A stretch of 64,000 bases of DNA, from contig NC_042997.1 in NCBI RefSeq assembly GCF_006345805.1, positions 3,038,001 to 3,102,000 on the forward strand, read 5' to 3'. Below are positions 41,212 to 55,789 of the stretch, piece by piece; position 1 is the stretch's first letter; the number at the start of each line of letters is the position of its first letter. Under the pieces are notes generated by a model, which saw only the letters and a program-made list of their open reading frames with translations, searched no databases and was not told where the DNA came from. Both the position numbers and the translations under genes were made by a program. Source of the DNA: Octopus sinensis (Eukaryota).

Positions 41212-41792
41212 CATTGATATGTACATTGATATATACATATATGGGGTTTGTGTATGTGTCTGTATGAGTGTATGTGTATATATGTATATATATATATATA
41301 CATACATAAACAGAGACATATAGGTGTGAGTCAAAGCGCTCGATGCGCCAAAAGTAAACCACGTATGTTTCGGCTCTAAAGTTAATCAGGTGAAACACCC
41401 ATTGTCATTTACACCCACAGGTTGTCCACAACTGGTGGAAAGTCATGACGTAGTAAAAACAGCACGGCAATATTAAGAGAAAGTAACATGGTCACAATCG
41501 CTTAGATATATATACCAGCTGCATTCTCGTTTATTTACAAACCCATTGTTAGAGAGAATCGATGATATGAGTCATTGATCATACAATATGAGGCTCTTGT
41601 GTGACTCTTGAGCCCTGGCAAAACTTGCTCATGCTACTTCATAATGCACAATTGTGTATACTGCATGGCAGATGGAATAGATACCACAACAGGAAGACAT
41701 TTGACAGGCCTTTTTGATCGTCCATATTTAAAGGCACACCTTTCCACATATTGCATAGCATACATTGTGCTGTGAACAATAACCGTATATAC

Positions 41793-41884
<92 letters not shown>

Positions 41885-41887
41885 TAT

Positions 41888-41923
<36 letters not shown>

Positions 41924-42519
41924 CATTGATATGTACATTGATATATACATATATGGGGTTTGTGTATGTGTCTGTATGAGTGTATGTGTATATATGTATA
42001 TATATATATATACATATATATATATACATACATAAACAGAGACATATAGGTGTGAGTCAAAGCGCTCGATGCGCCAAAAGTAAACCACGTATGTTTCGGC
42101 TCTAAAGTTAATCAGGTGAAACACCCATTGTCATTTACACCCACAGGTTGTCCACAACTGGTGGAAAGTCATGACGTAGTAAAAACAGCACGGCAATATT
42201 AAGAGAAAGTAACATGGTCACAATCGCTTAGATATATATACCAGCTGCATTCTCGTTTATTTACAAACCCATTGTTAGAGAGAATCGATGATATGAGTCA
42301 TTGATCATACAATATGAGGCTCTTGTGTGACTCTTGAGCCCTGGCAAAACTTGCTCATGCTACTTCATAATGCACAATTGTGTATACTGCATGGCAGATG
42401 GAATAGATACCACAACAGGAAGACATTTGACAGGCCTTTTTGATCGTCCATATTTAAAGGCACACCTTTCCACATATTGCATAGCATACATTGTGCTGTG
42501 AACAATAACCGTATATACA
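41211..42519. repeat. Tandem duplication 1: about 580-bp core twice, period 712-726 bp
   Basis: 41211-41793 and 41923-42519 look identical by eye outside the internal microsatellite; separated and flanked by (TA)n tracts. Confidence 0.95.
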
Positions 42520-42538
42520 TATATATATATTATATATA

Positions 42539-42616
<78 letters not shown>

Positions 42617-42621
42617 TATAT

Positions 42622-42720
42622 GGCTGGTTTAAGAAGCCACATCAGATGCCGTGACGGTGCTAAGGTGTAGGTACAGATGGTGTCAAACTTTGCATAAGGA
42701 GTAGACAACGAGTAGACAAC
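42622..42720 (+). mobile_element. RTE-type LINE extreme 3' end
   Basis: AGLRSHIRCRDGAKV* (end of the C-terminal SxAGLxSHxR motif), short 3' UTR, tandem gagtagacaac x2, then TA tail. Confidence 0.6.
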
Positions 42721-43179
42721 TATATATATATAGTTATGTTGATAGATATATAGATAGGTGATAGATTGATAAACTAAAATAGCGATGCTATATTCACTTT
42801 CCTTACTGTTAAACAAAGCATCAGAACGCACCTTTTGGCAACAGTCCTGCTTTCCTCAGTTCAATGAAGCCGAAATCACAACCATCTCCTGCAGGCATAT
42901 GAATGTACTCTGACAGAAATCACCTCTTTTAGTGAACACATTACCACATTACCTGTCATTGTGTTTTTGTGCATGAAGCTAAGTATTGTAAATTATCCAC
43001 AAGCATATAGTGAGTGAGGTCACAAACGAGTAGTGAATGAGTCCACAATTTGCTGCTTCTGCCAAAAGGTTTGCAAGACACTAGCAAGCTGCAAACAAAT
43101 GCACGTATATAGAACATGACTACTACTTTAATTTGTGGAAATATTATCTGTCATTCTGAATCAGAGAATCCCTCAAGTA

Positions 43180-43224
<45 letters not shown>

Positions 43225-43240
43225 ATTCATTTATTTATAT

Positions 43241-43440
43241 GGCTCAGTATTTAGAGTGTTGCACTCACGATTCCGAAATCGTGGGTTCGATTCCAAGATC
43301 GGGCGTTGCGCGTTGTACTTGAGCAAAGCACTTCATTTCAAGTTGCTCCGCGATCATTTCGTGATCTGACATGTAGCACGTGGTGCACCTATACAGGTAA
43401 TGTCGATTTGAATGAGGGAGTGTGCTTATGTGTAAACAAA
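43241..43440 (+). mobile_element. tRNA-derived SINE family D
   Basis: A-box-like tggctcagtatttag, B-box gggttcgattcc, then CORE-like cttgagcaaagcacttcatttca. Confidence 0.8.
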
Positions 43441-43544
43441 TATTCGAACATTATAAACAAATCATCTGTGGGCTGCATATATATGTATGTATGTATATAT
43501 GTATGTATATATTTATGTTTACTCTTTTACACTTTTTCAGTAAT

Positions 43545-43851
43545 TTGAATGCGACTATGCTAGAGCATTGCCTTTAGATCGAGCAAATCGACCCAAGGAC
43601 TTATTCTTTGTAAGCCTAGCACTTTTACTATCGCCTCTTTTGTAGAACTGCTAAGTTGTGGGGACGTAAACACACCAGCATCGGTTGTCAAACAATGATG
43701 GCGGGAGACAAACACAGACAAACAAGCATACACACACATGCACGTAAAAGCACTACCATCGGTTGCCAAGCAATGGTGGAGAGATAAACACAAATACATA
43801 CATGCATGTATATGTTCGTGTTTGTCCATCCACCATCTCTTGACAACCGAT
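43545..43851 (-). mobile_element. SINE family C 3' body (headless) with duplicated and inverted sub-modules
   Basis: gagcaaatcgacccaaggacttattctttgtaagcctag...gacgtaaacacaccagcatcggttgtcaa, followed by a second direct and an inverted copy of the atcggttgtcaag...aaacac module. Confidence 0.85.
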
Positions 43852-43885
43852 AGAATAAATGCTAAGCTTATAAATAATGACTCCC

Positions 43886-45275
<1,390 letters not shown>

Positions 45276-45780
45276 CAATTGCCTCCTCCTCATAGCTTGA
45301 ATAATTTATCTATACTTTCGCATGAATGAACTGGAAACATTTCCTAATCACTGTCATGATGTCATCAAAATGCAATTAATGTATTATTAGAAACGTTTAG
45401 TATTTCTGGATGTCAACTTTTAAAGCGGCATTGATTTATATATTTTGTTTTTCATTTCTAGATGTCAAAGTTTCTGTTGTAGCTACCTCAGTATTCAGAA
45501 ATGAGGGTGCTGTTTGGGAACCGATGACATTGTATGTATTTTCCTCAATGAAAAATAAAACAAAATAAACGCACAAACCTGCACAGTTGTACATTGTTAT
45601 TATATATGATACAAAATATATCTCGTCTACAAAACACAATATGTGAATGCATAATGCACGTTGAATTGATATTTTGTTATTTTAGCGACTAATATCGAAC
45701 ATTCTTCGATAATAAATGTTTAACAATCCCCTTATCTCATTATTAAAGAAAATTATGCATATGTGAACTCGAACATTTGT

Positions 45781-45822
45781 CTTTCTGTCACTGCATACAC
45801 GCTTTCTGTCACTGCATACACG
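45781..45822. repeat. Perfect 21-bp direct tandem duplication
   Basis: ctttctgtcactgcatacacg x2. Confidence 0.95.
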
Positions 45823-46479
45823 CTTTAATTGAGTTGACTTGAAGCTTGTATTACACCTTCTACATTATGTAATGCTTACTCATCTGATATTTTATCTCAC
45901 ATCTTAATAGGGAAGTTTAAAGAGTGATATAGACTGAGAACTCAACAAATCTGTTGTAGTCCATACAAATTCCATAAAATTGCATTAGAAACCCAAAGAC
46001 AAAGATAAGCGTTTTCTCTACGTAGCATATATTTTAATATTGATGAACAATTTTTTTAAGAATTGCACCGTGCCAATTAGAAAGATTAGAATGGGTAATC
46101 TGCGGCCTTTTGGTTGATTTTATCATACACTCTGAAGTATTCCATCAGCGACGTCGATAGTGGAATATCAAATTAAATAACCATTAGCGATGTTTGAACA
46201 TATACCAATATGAATTGCAGACATATTTAATCATAGAAAAATGTATTTTACAAATAATGGAAAATTGATACGGGAGAGAAATTTGATATTTTTGTCACGT
46301 GTGAGATGTTACAACAATTACACGCAGCTGTAAATTATCTTTTTCTTTTTTGTTTGTCGGAAGTGAATATCTCTTAAGGACCAAATAATTTCCGTAAATA
46401 TTTGAACAAGCATTTCATTACATGTAGTTGAACCTGAAAAGTTATTGCATAGATATGAGTACTTAAATCATATTTATTG

Positions 46480-46670
46480 AATACTGTGACACTCAGTCGG
46501 TTACGGCGATGAGTGCTCCAGTTGATCCGATCATCGGGACAGCCTACTCGTGAAATTAACGAGCAAGTGGCTGAACAGACACGTATACACTTAACGTAGT
46601 TCTCAGGGAGATTCAGTGTGACACAGAGTGTAACAAGGCTGGCCTTTGAAATACAGGTACTACAGAAACA
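46480..46670 (+). mobile_element. SINE-derived interspersed repeat (3' body)
   Basis: ccagttgatccgatcatcgggacagcctactcgtgaaattaacgagcaagtggctga...gtagttctcagggagattcag...ggcctttgaaatacaggtac, recalled as a common octopus SINE body. Confidence 0.6.
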
Positions 46671-46689
46671 GGAAAAGAGAGTGCGAGGT

Positions 46690-46862
46690 ATTTGCAGTGA
46701 AAGAGTACATCTTTGTACGCCTCCATCCCTCCCGTGCCACAGCCTCGTGGAGCTTTAGGTGTTCTGGCTCAATAAACACTCACGATGCTCGGTCCGAGAA
46801 TAGAAAGCTGGATCCTACGACCGTGAGTCCGCTGCCTTAATCGCCTGGCCATTGCGCCTCAT
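46690..46862 (-). mobile_element. tRNA-derived SINE family E, 5' part
   Basis: Shares ctcgtggagctttaggtgtt...ctcaataaacactcac...cgaccgtgagtccgctgcc with 53688-53990. Confidence 0.82.
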
Positions 46863-46865
46863 GAC

Positions 46866-46957
<92 letters not shown>

Positions 46958-48139
46958 AGATATAGCTGAATTCAGAAAAATGTCTGGGATTTTTCTGTTA
47001 AAAGCAATGGATCACAAAAATAGATATTATAGCAGCCGGAGTTCTACCAAAATATAGTATTTGCGTCAATGAATAACTAATATAACAATATTCTTTGGTG
47101 CTTATGATTTTTAAATTTCATATCAGATGCAGTAACCATATACATAGTTTACCCTCAGTCTTAAGTTTATGGAGTACCAATGCTATTGTTGATTATGAAT
47201 TTGTTAGTACGTCAACATGATTACTGTTCAATGAGAACAAAGTTTCATATAATTCACGCAGCAGAAATTTCAATGCTGTAATATATCTTATGTCAAGCTG
47301 CAATTGACCAAACAAGCATATATTTTCTTTACTTTTGAAATAGCTGCAGGTCAACAAGATATATATTTTTTGTACAGCAAATATCATGTGACAAAATGAA
47401 TAAATGAGTTGGTTAAATGTCAAAGAACAAGTAACTGCTTGGGTTATTCATTTTACACTGGTCATCTTTAGTAACATGCTAATCTGTATTTGCGAGCTAT
47501 CAGGCTCATTGACTGCTTGGTATGTTTGTCTAGGCGTATGAATATTCATGTCATTTGGAAGCATTTAAATATAATAATTTTCGTTCCTTGAGACAAACGA
47601 TTACATTATTGAAAATGTATTTTCATATATACGTTATAATTGTGGTTACTCTGCTTAAGTGTTACTACAGCAACTTTACTATTCCAGATTAGTAGTTGAA
47701 AATACGCACTGCCCTTCTTTGTGTTAGCTATTTCGAATTATTTACCCGAGAAATATAACGGGTTGGCAAATTAGGAACATACTTCAAGATCTCTCAGTTA
47801 GAAATACACGAAGTAGCAACTGAGTGAAGTATTGTAAGTTGGTACAATTGATCTGAAAACTCAGTGATATGAACATGAGCATATAGACAATTATGTTGCG
47901 CTTCGGTCATGCTGCCATCGTTAACTGTAGATCATGCATCCCAACATGTATTTACATTCCTGTGTTTAACAGAAGGTCTCCAGATTTTGGCTGACATACA
48001 CCGGAGATTAAACTATAATACATTTTGAACAATTCTCTAACGTACAAGCATATACGCGCGCACTCACACACTCACGCACACGTACACACACATTACACAC
48101 AAGTAGACACATATATCTACTCACAACTATCGATCTATC

Positions 48140-48365
48140 TTCGGTGGGCAAGATTCCTGCGTTCCATGGACGAGTTATTTCCAGTGGTACTTCCCCCTCA
48201 TCATTGCTGTTTTTTTTTTACGAGAGACCAGTGTCTGTCCTTAGGTCATTAATATATGCCATCCTCAGTGTCCCTCTTCTAGTGTGTCCGTGTAATGGTT
48301 CCCAGAGAAACACTGAGTGCAGTATCAACACTGAATGACGATGAGCCTGTCCAGCTAACCTTAGT
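48140..48365 (-). mobile_element. RTE-clade LINE, decayed 3' end
   Basis: LRLAGQAHRHSVLILHSVFLWEPLHGHTRRGTLRMAYINDLRTDTGLS matches RLRLAGHC.RH...LWEP.HG...RG...TYVD.L..DTGL. Confidence 0.82.
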
Positions 48366-48408
48366 CTCTCTCTCTCTCTATGTCTCTCTCTCTCTCACAC
48401 ACACACAA

Positions 48409-48441
<33 letters not shown>

Positions 48442-49933
48442 TATAACATTGTATGATGTACATAATGTTAAGCAACTATTTTCACAATTACACAGTGGGA
48501 ATAGCTGGCAGAATTTTACAGAAATCTAAAATGAGTAAATGAAATTAAAAAAAATTAAAATTACTTCTTTTTTTTTTACCGATTCCGCATATCTACATTT
48601 GGGGCCAATTTTTTTACTTGAGCCATGGTATCTTTAAGCCAATAATATTTTCGCGAAAAAATAAATAAATCAGAAACTAGATTAGGAGACGATGCTAGAT
48701 AATTTAGTTTTACGTGTTGTGCTCCAAATGTTACCGTTTAGTTGAATATTTCACAAAACAAATTGATTTAAATATTTGAATGGGAGATTGCTTTTGTATT
48801 TTTCACGTAGAGCATTACAAACCTGAGGTTATATTCTAAAATTTGGAGCTTTCAATTAATTTAATTGTAGTTTTGACACGTATTTTAAATGATTTCGACA
48901 ACTTACATTGTATGTTGAAGAAATTTTAGTTATCGATAAATAAACTGCGCGTGGAAGATGCTCCAAGATAGTGTGAGATTTAGAATACAAATTTAATATT
49001 GATTTCAGTTTTTCTTGCTTTGTTCAATTTAGATGATACATTACTCGAAACAACTAACAATTGAAAACAAAGAAAAAGAAAATATACATAATTTTAAATG
49101 TGTTTCGATATGAAATAACAAGAAATTATTTTAAAAAGCATAATATGGACTTTAGGCAAAATACGGTGGAGAATTACAAAAAGTTAATCGGAAATTCTTG
49201 TGCAAAAAGAAATATTTGGAAATTACAACGGCAAAACACAAGTTAATTGATATCATATACAACTGATTGTTAGCAAAATACGTTAATACCATGCATATTT
49301 TAACATATCGCAGCTATAATGCTAACCTGATATTTATTAAGATCGACTCAGTACTTTCTGAACTTGCTTGAGTTCCATACCGAAAAGACTTATTTTTGTG
49401 ATCCATGCAATTGATCCAAAGAAATTTTGTAAAAATATAGAGAGACATGGCACGTCTATTTATACCCTAAATTTGACCATGTACATTAAAAGTACACCCT
49501 TTTTGTTTTGGAGAATGTTCATCGAATACATTCTAAAATTCCGGTCTGTTTATAAATATGTGATGTGAGCACCAAAATCGGCCACAACACTTTGGATATT
49601 CAGAATCTATTAGGGTAAAAATACATCTAATTAATTAATCTACCGTTTCGAACGCATCATTGATTTCCAGTTCATCTAGATATTAAACTTATATTGATTT
49701 CTTCTTAATATGTAACGCTACATATTCGTAAGAGAGAAGCGTAATCGACTCAAATGTATATGTGATTTTTCTTATTGATTCCAGAGCATGAAATGCAATG
49801 GAAAATTACTAGAAATTGGATTCCAAATGCAAAGTTAAGTCCAAAATCCTACCAGGCAGTTAAAACTTTACGTTAGTTGTCATGACTCTCTAATACAGTC
49901 GATTTTAAGATGTCTTCGGCTGACATAATGGGA

Positions 49934-50001
<68 letters not shown>

Positions 50002-50544
50002 CAAAAGCATAACTCTTACAATTAAGAAGAGCAAACGCTAATGCTAACTGGATAGATCTTTTCATATTCATTCCAAGTACATGCTTGCCTATTTATTGTT
50101 TATGATGTATGAGTCTGTTTTCAACACGAGTAATCATTTCATGACACAATGAGTCTAAACATGAGAATGTGTGTATGCTAGTGAACAGGTGTAGGAATGA
50201 CTAATTATTAAACCTTTTTTCTAATACGCAATAGGATGTGATATTATTTTGCACACTTGCATTTGAATTTCCCAAATACATATATTTTAGGAAAGATGAC
50301 TCAAATATCCCATCAATTTGAATTCGGTACGACGATACTAATCATGAGATACCACCATCTGTTATCATCCATGATGCGGCACCTGGCTTTTATTTGAGAT
50401 AAGACATAAAGATGGGAAATGTATTATATTTATCGTTCTAATAAAATTGAGATAGTTCACTCTCACATTGGTGATTTTGGATTGATTAGAACGCATATAA
50501 AGATATTCATATAGATTTTCGGAAATTTATTTTGTCTCCCCTTC

Positions 50545-50770
50545 TTCCTAGCTCTCCTGTGTAACCCCTCTGTTCGGCAATCGCCATGATAAATCGCTAG
50601 CCACTATACATTCTTTATTTTCTCTCCCTGTTTCTTTCTGTGTTCCTTTCTGTGGAAGACCGTAGGCTCGAAACGTTATACACTGTTTCACATCCTGCGC
50701 GTTAAACAAATACATCTGCTTGTTATCTAAACCACCTGTCTTCGTCTTTTTTGCGAATTCTCCCCTATGT
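50545..50770 (+). mobile_element. Penelope-like terminal-repeat fragment with degenerate hammerhead
   Basis: ttcctttCTGTGGAagaccgtaggctcGAAAcgtta has the same architecture as the motif at 62590; pyrimidine-rich flanks. Confidence 0.55.
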
Positions 50771-52091
50771 ATGCACGTATGTATGTGTTTTATGTGTATG
50801 TATTTCATTTCCTACATACATAAGTTAATGCTTTTTGGAATGGTAATGATTTCTGTGGATGCTTTTCATAATAAAATTGCACTTCATTTTTGTAGATCCT
50901 ATGACACTATAGTGTGATACACAAACCCAAATATTAGTATTTTGCTTCCTATATCTGAAAAAGCTTTAACTTACTGAAGTTCTTGATATAATTTTCTATT
51001 CCCTTTTCATTGATTTAATCTCCCTTTCAGTTTCTCGCTCTCTATTTCATTTCTCTTCATTCTTCCCTCTCCCTTCTTTCTCCCCCTCTCTCTTTCCATA
51101 CATGCACATATATTGATATATACGTTTATATGCATACGTATCTTAGTTTAAGAAATATTTCTATCATCATATCTCATTATGCCATTTCATATTGCTTCAC
51201 ATAAAAATTACTTGTGAGTTCCTTGACATTTGAATATGTGAGAAATATTTGAAATATCTTAATCTAAGAAGAGCAGCTGTGTTTCTGAAAAAAATATCTG
51301 TCATTGTGCTGTTACATTTGTATCTGCGTATTCTAGTTTCAACAGCAATAGAATTGAAGCTCAATGCTGGGCTCTAATTACAGTAGCATATAGGTTAGTG
51401 TAGTGCCTGTAGCAAACTTACCCTCTAATTGATACCAACATTTGTTATATTGATTTAAGTAATACTCAGGACCAAAACCTGTCTGTCTATGAATAATTTA
51501 ACTGCCTCTTTTATGCTAATTGTTGTAATATATACATTTATATCTAATGGAAAGTTAGTTTAGAAGCATTTTATTTCTATAGTTAGTAATAATATTACTA
51601 TTAAATTTCCAACATGGTCAGCCCAATTTGGTCGTGCTTTAATAGTCAGACCAACCAGTTTAAGTATAACGTTCCCTATATTAAATCATACAACATAATA
51701 TTATATTATATTATATAAAATAGCAATTTTAAATATGTATTAAACGTCATCTCTACACATCCGTGTACCCACCATTTTTGTGGTATATCCAGGGAAACAA
51801 TTGTATTCAGTATCCTCTTAATATTTATACAATAAAAGAGAATATTTTTAACAATATGTCGAGTTGGAATATTTTAATTTCTATACAAATTGCTCTAAAA
51901 ATAATTTTATGAAACACTTCTGAAATGTAACAAAGCACATAGGTTTTATGTAACCAGTGCTTGTTGCAATGATGGATACATTACTCATCGTGCCACATTT
52001 TTAATGCTCAATGCGGTTGTATACTTCAACAAAGCACCATAATTGGTCACCTACAACGACTTTAGGAGAAAACCCAACAATAATTGTTCAT

Positions 52092-52202
52092 TTAACTGTC
52101 TGTTATTTCACGTTTGTTCTTCGTCTGTTCGGCGAATGTACCAATGAAGTCATCGTATCGAGTAAATGGAATGTGAACTACTCCAGATTTGTGGTCATAT
52201 TT
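52092..52202 (-). CDS. Candidate exon KYDHKSGVVHIPFTRYDDFIGTFAEQTKNKREITDS*, gene unknown
   Basis: Minus strand: pyrimidine-rich acceptor ...atattgatctttatcatag|, 36 codons to TAA, or an internal donor G|GTACAT after FI. No homology recognised. Confidence 0.25.
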   Translation of the reverse strand, partial: KYDHKSGVVHIPFTRYDDFIGTFAEQTKNKREITDS

Positions 52203-52514
52203 CTATGATAAAGATCAATATAGATATGTATAAAAGATAAGGTAGCCGTAAAAGTTATTGTTTTATTGGCATAACATTGAAAACCAGCTACAATGGTATT
52301 GCAGAGATTGACTGCAATAAATGTGTTTTGTTTGTTTCTTATGTTACCAAAATCAAATGCTACTAGGGATGCAAGTAAGCTTATACTTAAAGGAGACGCA
52401 ACCGTCTTTCACTTATTTCGTTCTACGTAACACAAATTCTATCAGAAATATTATCTATCTGTGTGAATATACGCATGTGTTATATAGATTATTATTGAGA
52501 AAAGCACGCTTGCG

Positions 52515-52880
52515 CTGCTGGTGAGACAGTAACAGAATTGTTGAAGCTTCGGCTGAAATGCTTTACGGTATTTCTTCCGGTTCTCTATGTTCTGAGATCA
52601 AATTCCGCCGCGGTCGACTTTGCCTTTCATCCTTTCGGAGTCGATAAATTAAGTACCTGTTTCACACTGGGATTGATGTAATCGACTTCATCCGTTTGTC
52701 TGATCTTGTTTGTCCCCTCTGTGTTTAGCCTTTGTGGGTAGTAAAGACATATATATAGATTATTCTTGAGAAATTCACGTTTGCTTTGCTGGTGGGACAG
52801 CAACAGAATTGTTGACGCTTCGGCTAAAATTGCTTTAATGTGTTTCTTCCGGTTCTCTACATTATGAGTTCAAATTCCCC
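52515..52880 (+). mobile_element. SINE family A (head plus body, followed by a second head)
   Basis: ctgagatcaaattccgccgcggtcgactttgcctttcatcctttcggagtcgataaattaagtacc...gtcccctctgtgtttagcctttgtgggtagtaaag, then a repeated head ending gagttcaaattcc. Confidence 0.9.
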
Positions 52881-53444
52881 CTGCCTGGACAAAGGAACGG
52901 AAAACACTTCAATAATCATACCAAATCAAATCATTGTACCTGAAGTATTGTTAATCAGCTTAATAACAGCATGAGAAGGTGCACACCTATGTGTAAACGT
53001 GCACAATTTTTTAACCGTATTTTTTATATAACAATAAAAAATATTTGATTGTTTGTATATAGTGGAATCTTGAAAGATGTAAAATGCCGAATGGGGAGCT
53101 TTAAACTGAAGAACACTTCATTTTGGAGGAAACAGTATTTAATTATAAACACATATAGGGTGCTATGCGTTAATTTATAATTCGTGTCTGATATGTATCG
53201 TAATAACATTGAGTTAGGAAAGACTTCAATATATATACGTGAAGCGATTCAATACTACACATGTATTGTTGTTCTGAATACATACTCTGTTAAACGTACG
53301 CCATTCTTGTTTGTGTGTCAAAACAACGACACGAAAATTATTGGAATTTAAATGAATAATTTCGTTAACTTTCGCTATAAGAGTAGTAAAGAAGTTCTAG
53401 TGCTTAATTATAAATGTTATTACGCATCAGTATAAAGCGTTGAA

Positions 53445-53590
53445 CTGACGGAATTGCTAATAAGACGTTATTCGGCCTATTTTACAATCTCAGTTCAAAT
53501 TCCGCCGCAGCCGACTCTGCCTTTTAACCACTGGGATCGAAGGAGAAGTAGCACTTCTGTACTGGGATCAAGAAAATTGAATTTCTACCC
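53445..53590 (+). mobile_element. SINE family A, decayed
   Basis: ctcagttcaaattccgccgcagccgactctgcctttt. Confidence 0.75.
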
Positions 53591-53687
53591 ACCACACACA
53601 CAGACACGCAAACACAAATTTTAACTCTCTGCTTTTATATATATATTATATATATATAATATATATATATATAATATATATATATAT

Positions 53688-53987
53688 CACTGTGATCACC
53701 GTGACCGACCAGGCTATCAGATGATGCTACACTTTGCTGGTCACAATGCGCTTCGCATTGTTATAGCCTTCAAATGACGCGACCCCACTGGCTAAGCGAG
53801 CGGGCCAACAGAGGAAAGAGTGAGATACAGTTGTGGCGAAAAAGTACAGCAGGGATCGCCACCACCCACTGCCGGAGGCTCGTGGAGCTTTAGGTGTTTT
53901 CGCTCAATAAACACTCACAACGCCCAGTTCTGGGAATCGAAACCGCGATCCCACGACCGTGAGTCCGCTGCCGTAACCATTGCGGCT

Positions 53988-53990
<3 letters not shown>
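53688..53990 (-). mobile_element. tRNA-derived SINE family E, full length
   Basis: Minus strand: head ggagccgcaatggttacggcagcggactcacggtcgtgggatcgcggtttcgattccc (B-box), body shared with 46690, TA-rich tail. Confidence 0.88.
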
Positions 53991-54080
<90 letters not shown>

Positions 54081-55235
54081 CTTTTCTTATTTTTACTCAA
54101 CTGAATTGCAAGTATTTCTTAATACCACTTCTGCGAAAGTTTGATATTTATTTCAGTATTCAGAGACAAGAAGGCAAGGAAGCTCTAACATGATAATTCG
54201 TGCTCCGTGCACTGTAAACATGATGCTGGACATGCTCACTAGGCTGTGTAGTTATGAGAGTGCATTGCTTTAATAGGAATAGAAGCAACGTGAGAAATAT
54301 GTATCTGAATAATAATATAGCTTGCTACTACCACTTTGATTTATGCAAATATGATATTATTAAGAAGAGACATGTAATATTCTCTAAATGTTATTCAGTC
54401 TTAACGATCAAATGATATTAAATATGGTTTCATACATAATATAAATTGTCGCAAAAGCTTAAATTAATTCATTGTTTGCGTATTTGCTGATTTACATATA
54501 TCATTATATTCCATATCCTGGGACGACAGCTTGATATTTCTGGCGTAGTAGCAAGCGGGAATCTTTCCTTGAAATTGCAGTTATCATAAATTGTGTGTGT
54601 GTGAAGTATGTCGTCTTCAGAGAATATAAAAGGAAGACCTAACAGAAAATTAAATGAGATTTATTGATTTTGATCTTCGAATCGAGCATATTATATAATA
54701 TAAACCTCCAAATAAAATGATGGAATATAATGCCGACGATGTCATGCAATGTTGCTTACTGTCTTAAACATTTGACTTTACTAGACATCAATCACTTTAT
54801 AATTTGTTTAATAGCATATGCATACGTTATGTAAAACAAGGTCAGTAGTTAATATTCAAATTATGTGACATCACTTCACATAAATATATTTATATTCCTT
54901 AGTATTCTACGGATGTCGTATTGGTGATATGATATGAAATCGAATTTTGCTTGAGTGGTAAAGTGATATGATCTTGGTATTCTAAACTGATATTGAGGTC
55001 TGATAATAGAAAATAGGCATATATGATGGATGCTTATCAAGGCGTATAATTTGGTGTAAGTAGCCTACAGACTTTCTGAGAAGTGGATATAAAGATATTG
55101 AGATATACGTTATTCATTTCATTATTCAACTGGAAAACTGAAAATACTATTAGGCCTAGGTTAAAATTTTAATATTTTCGTAACTATATTTATGCATACG
55201 TAACATTTTAATTACACACACACACACACACACAC

Positions 55236-55269
<34 letters not shown>

Positions 55270-55538
55270 CAAAGAGTCAAACCAAGAGAACGAATGGGTA
55301 GCCGTTAGATTATATTTTCGTAGATATAGAATTTCCTTATTCCCATACCATACATATTACTTTATCAAATAACTAAAAATGTTGATTTTTTTCTCTTTAA
55401 ACTTTCTTCCAACAGCAAATTATTTACAAATGACCCATAGGATGATAATGTAGTAAGCACAGGTAAAGCTGAATAGTCGATTTTTAAAAACTAAAGGAAA
55501 ACCAAATTTCTACAAACACAAAAAGTAATATTCCTTCA

Positions 55539-55697
55539 TGAGTGGCTGTGTGGTAAGTAGCTTGCTAACCAACCACATGGTTCCGAGTTCAGTACCACTG
55601 CGTGGCATCTTGGGCAAGTGTCTTTTGCTATAGCCCCGGGCCGACCAATGCCTTGTGAGTGGATTTGGTAGACGGAAACTGAAAGAATTCTGTCGTA

Positions 55698-55789
<92 letters not shown>

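Noticed and set aside
41355-41392. Minus-strand hammerhead-like string ctgattaactttagagccgaaac
   Set aside because: G8 is missing from the core, stem II is broken and no stem I pairing exists.
43241-43300. tRNA-like sequence with ggttcgattcc
   Set aside because: No acceptor stem closure; continues into a SINE body, so it is a SINE head, not a tRNA gene.
48488-48900. Possible MITE starting TA|cacagtggg
   Set aside because: No matching right-hand terminal inverted repeat found.
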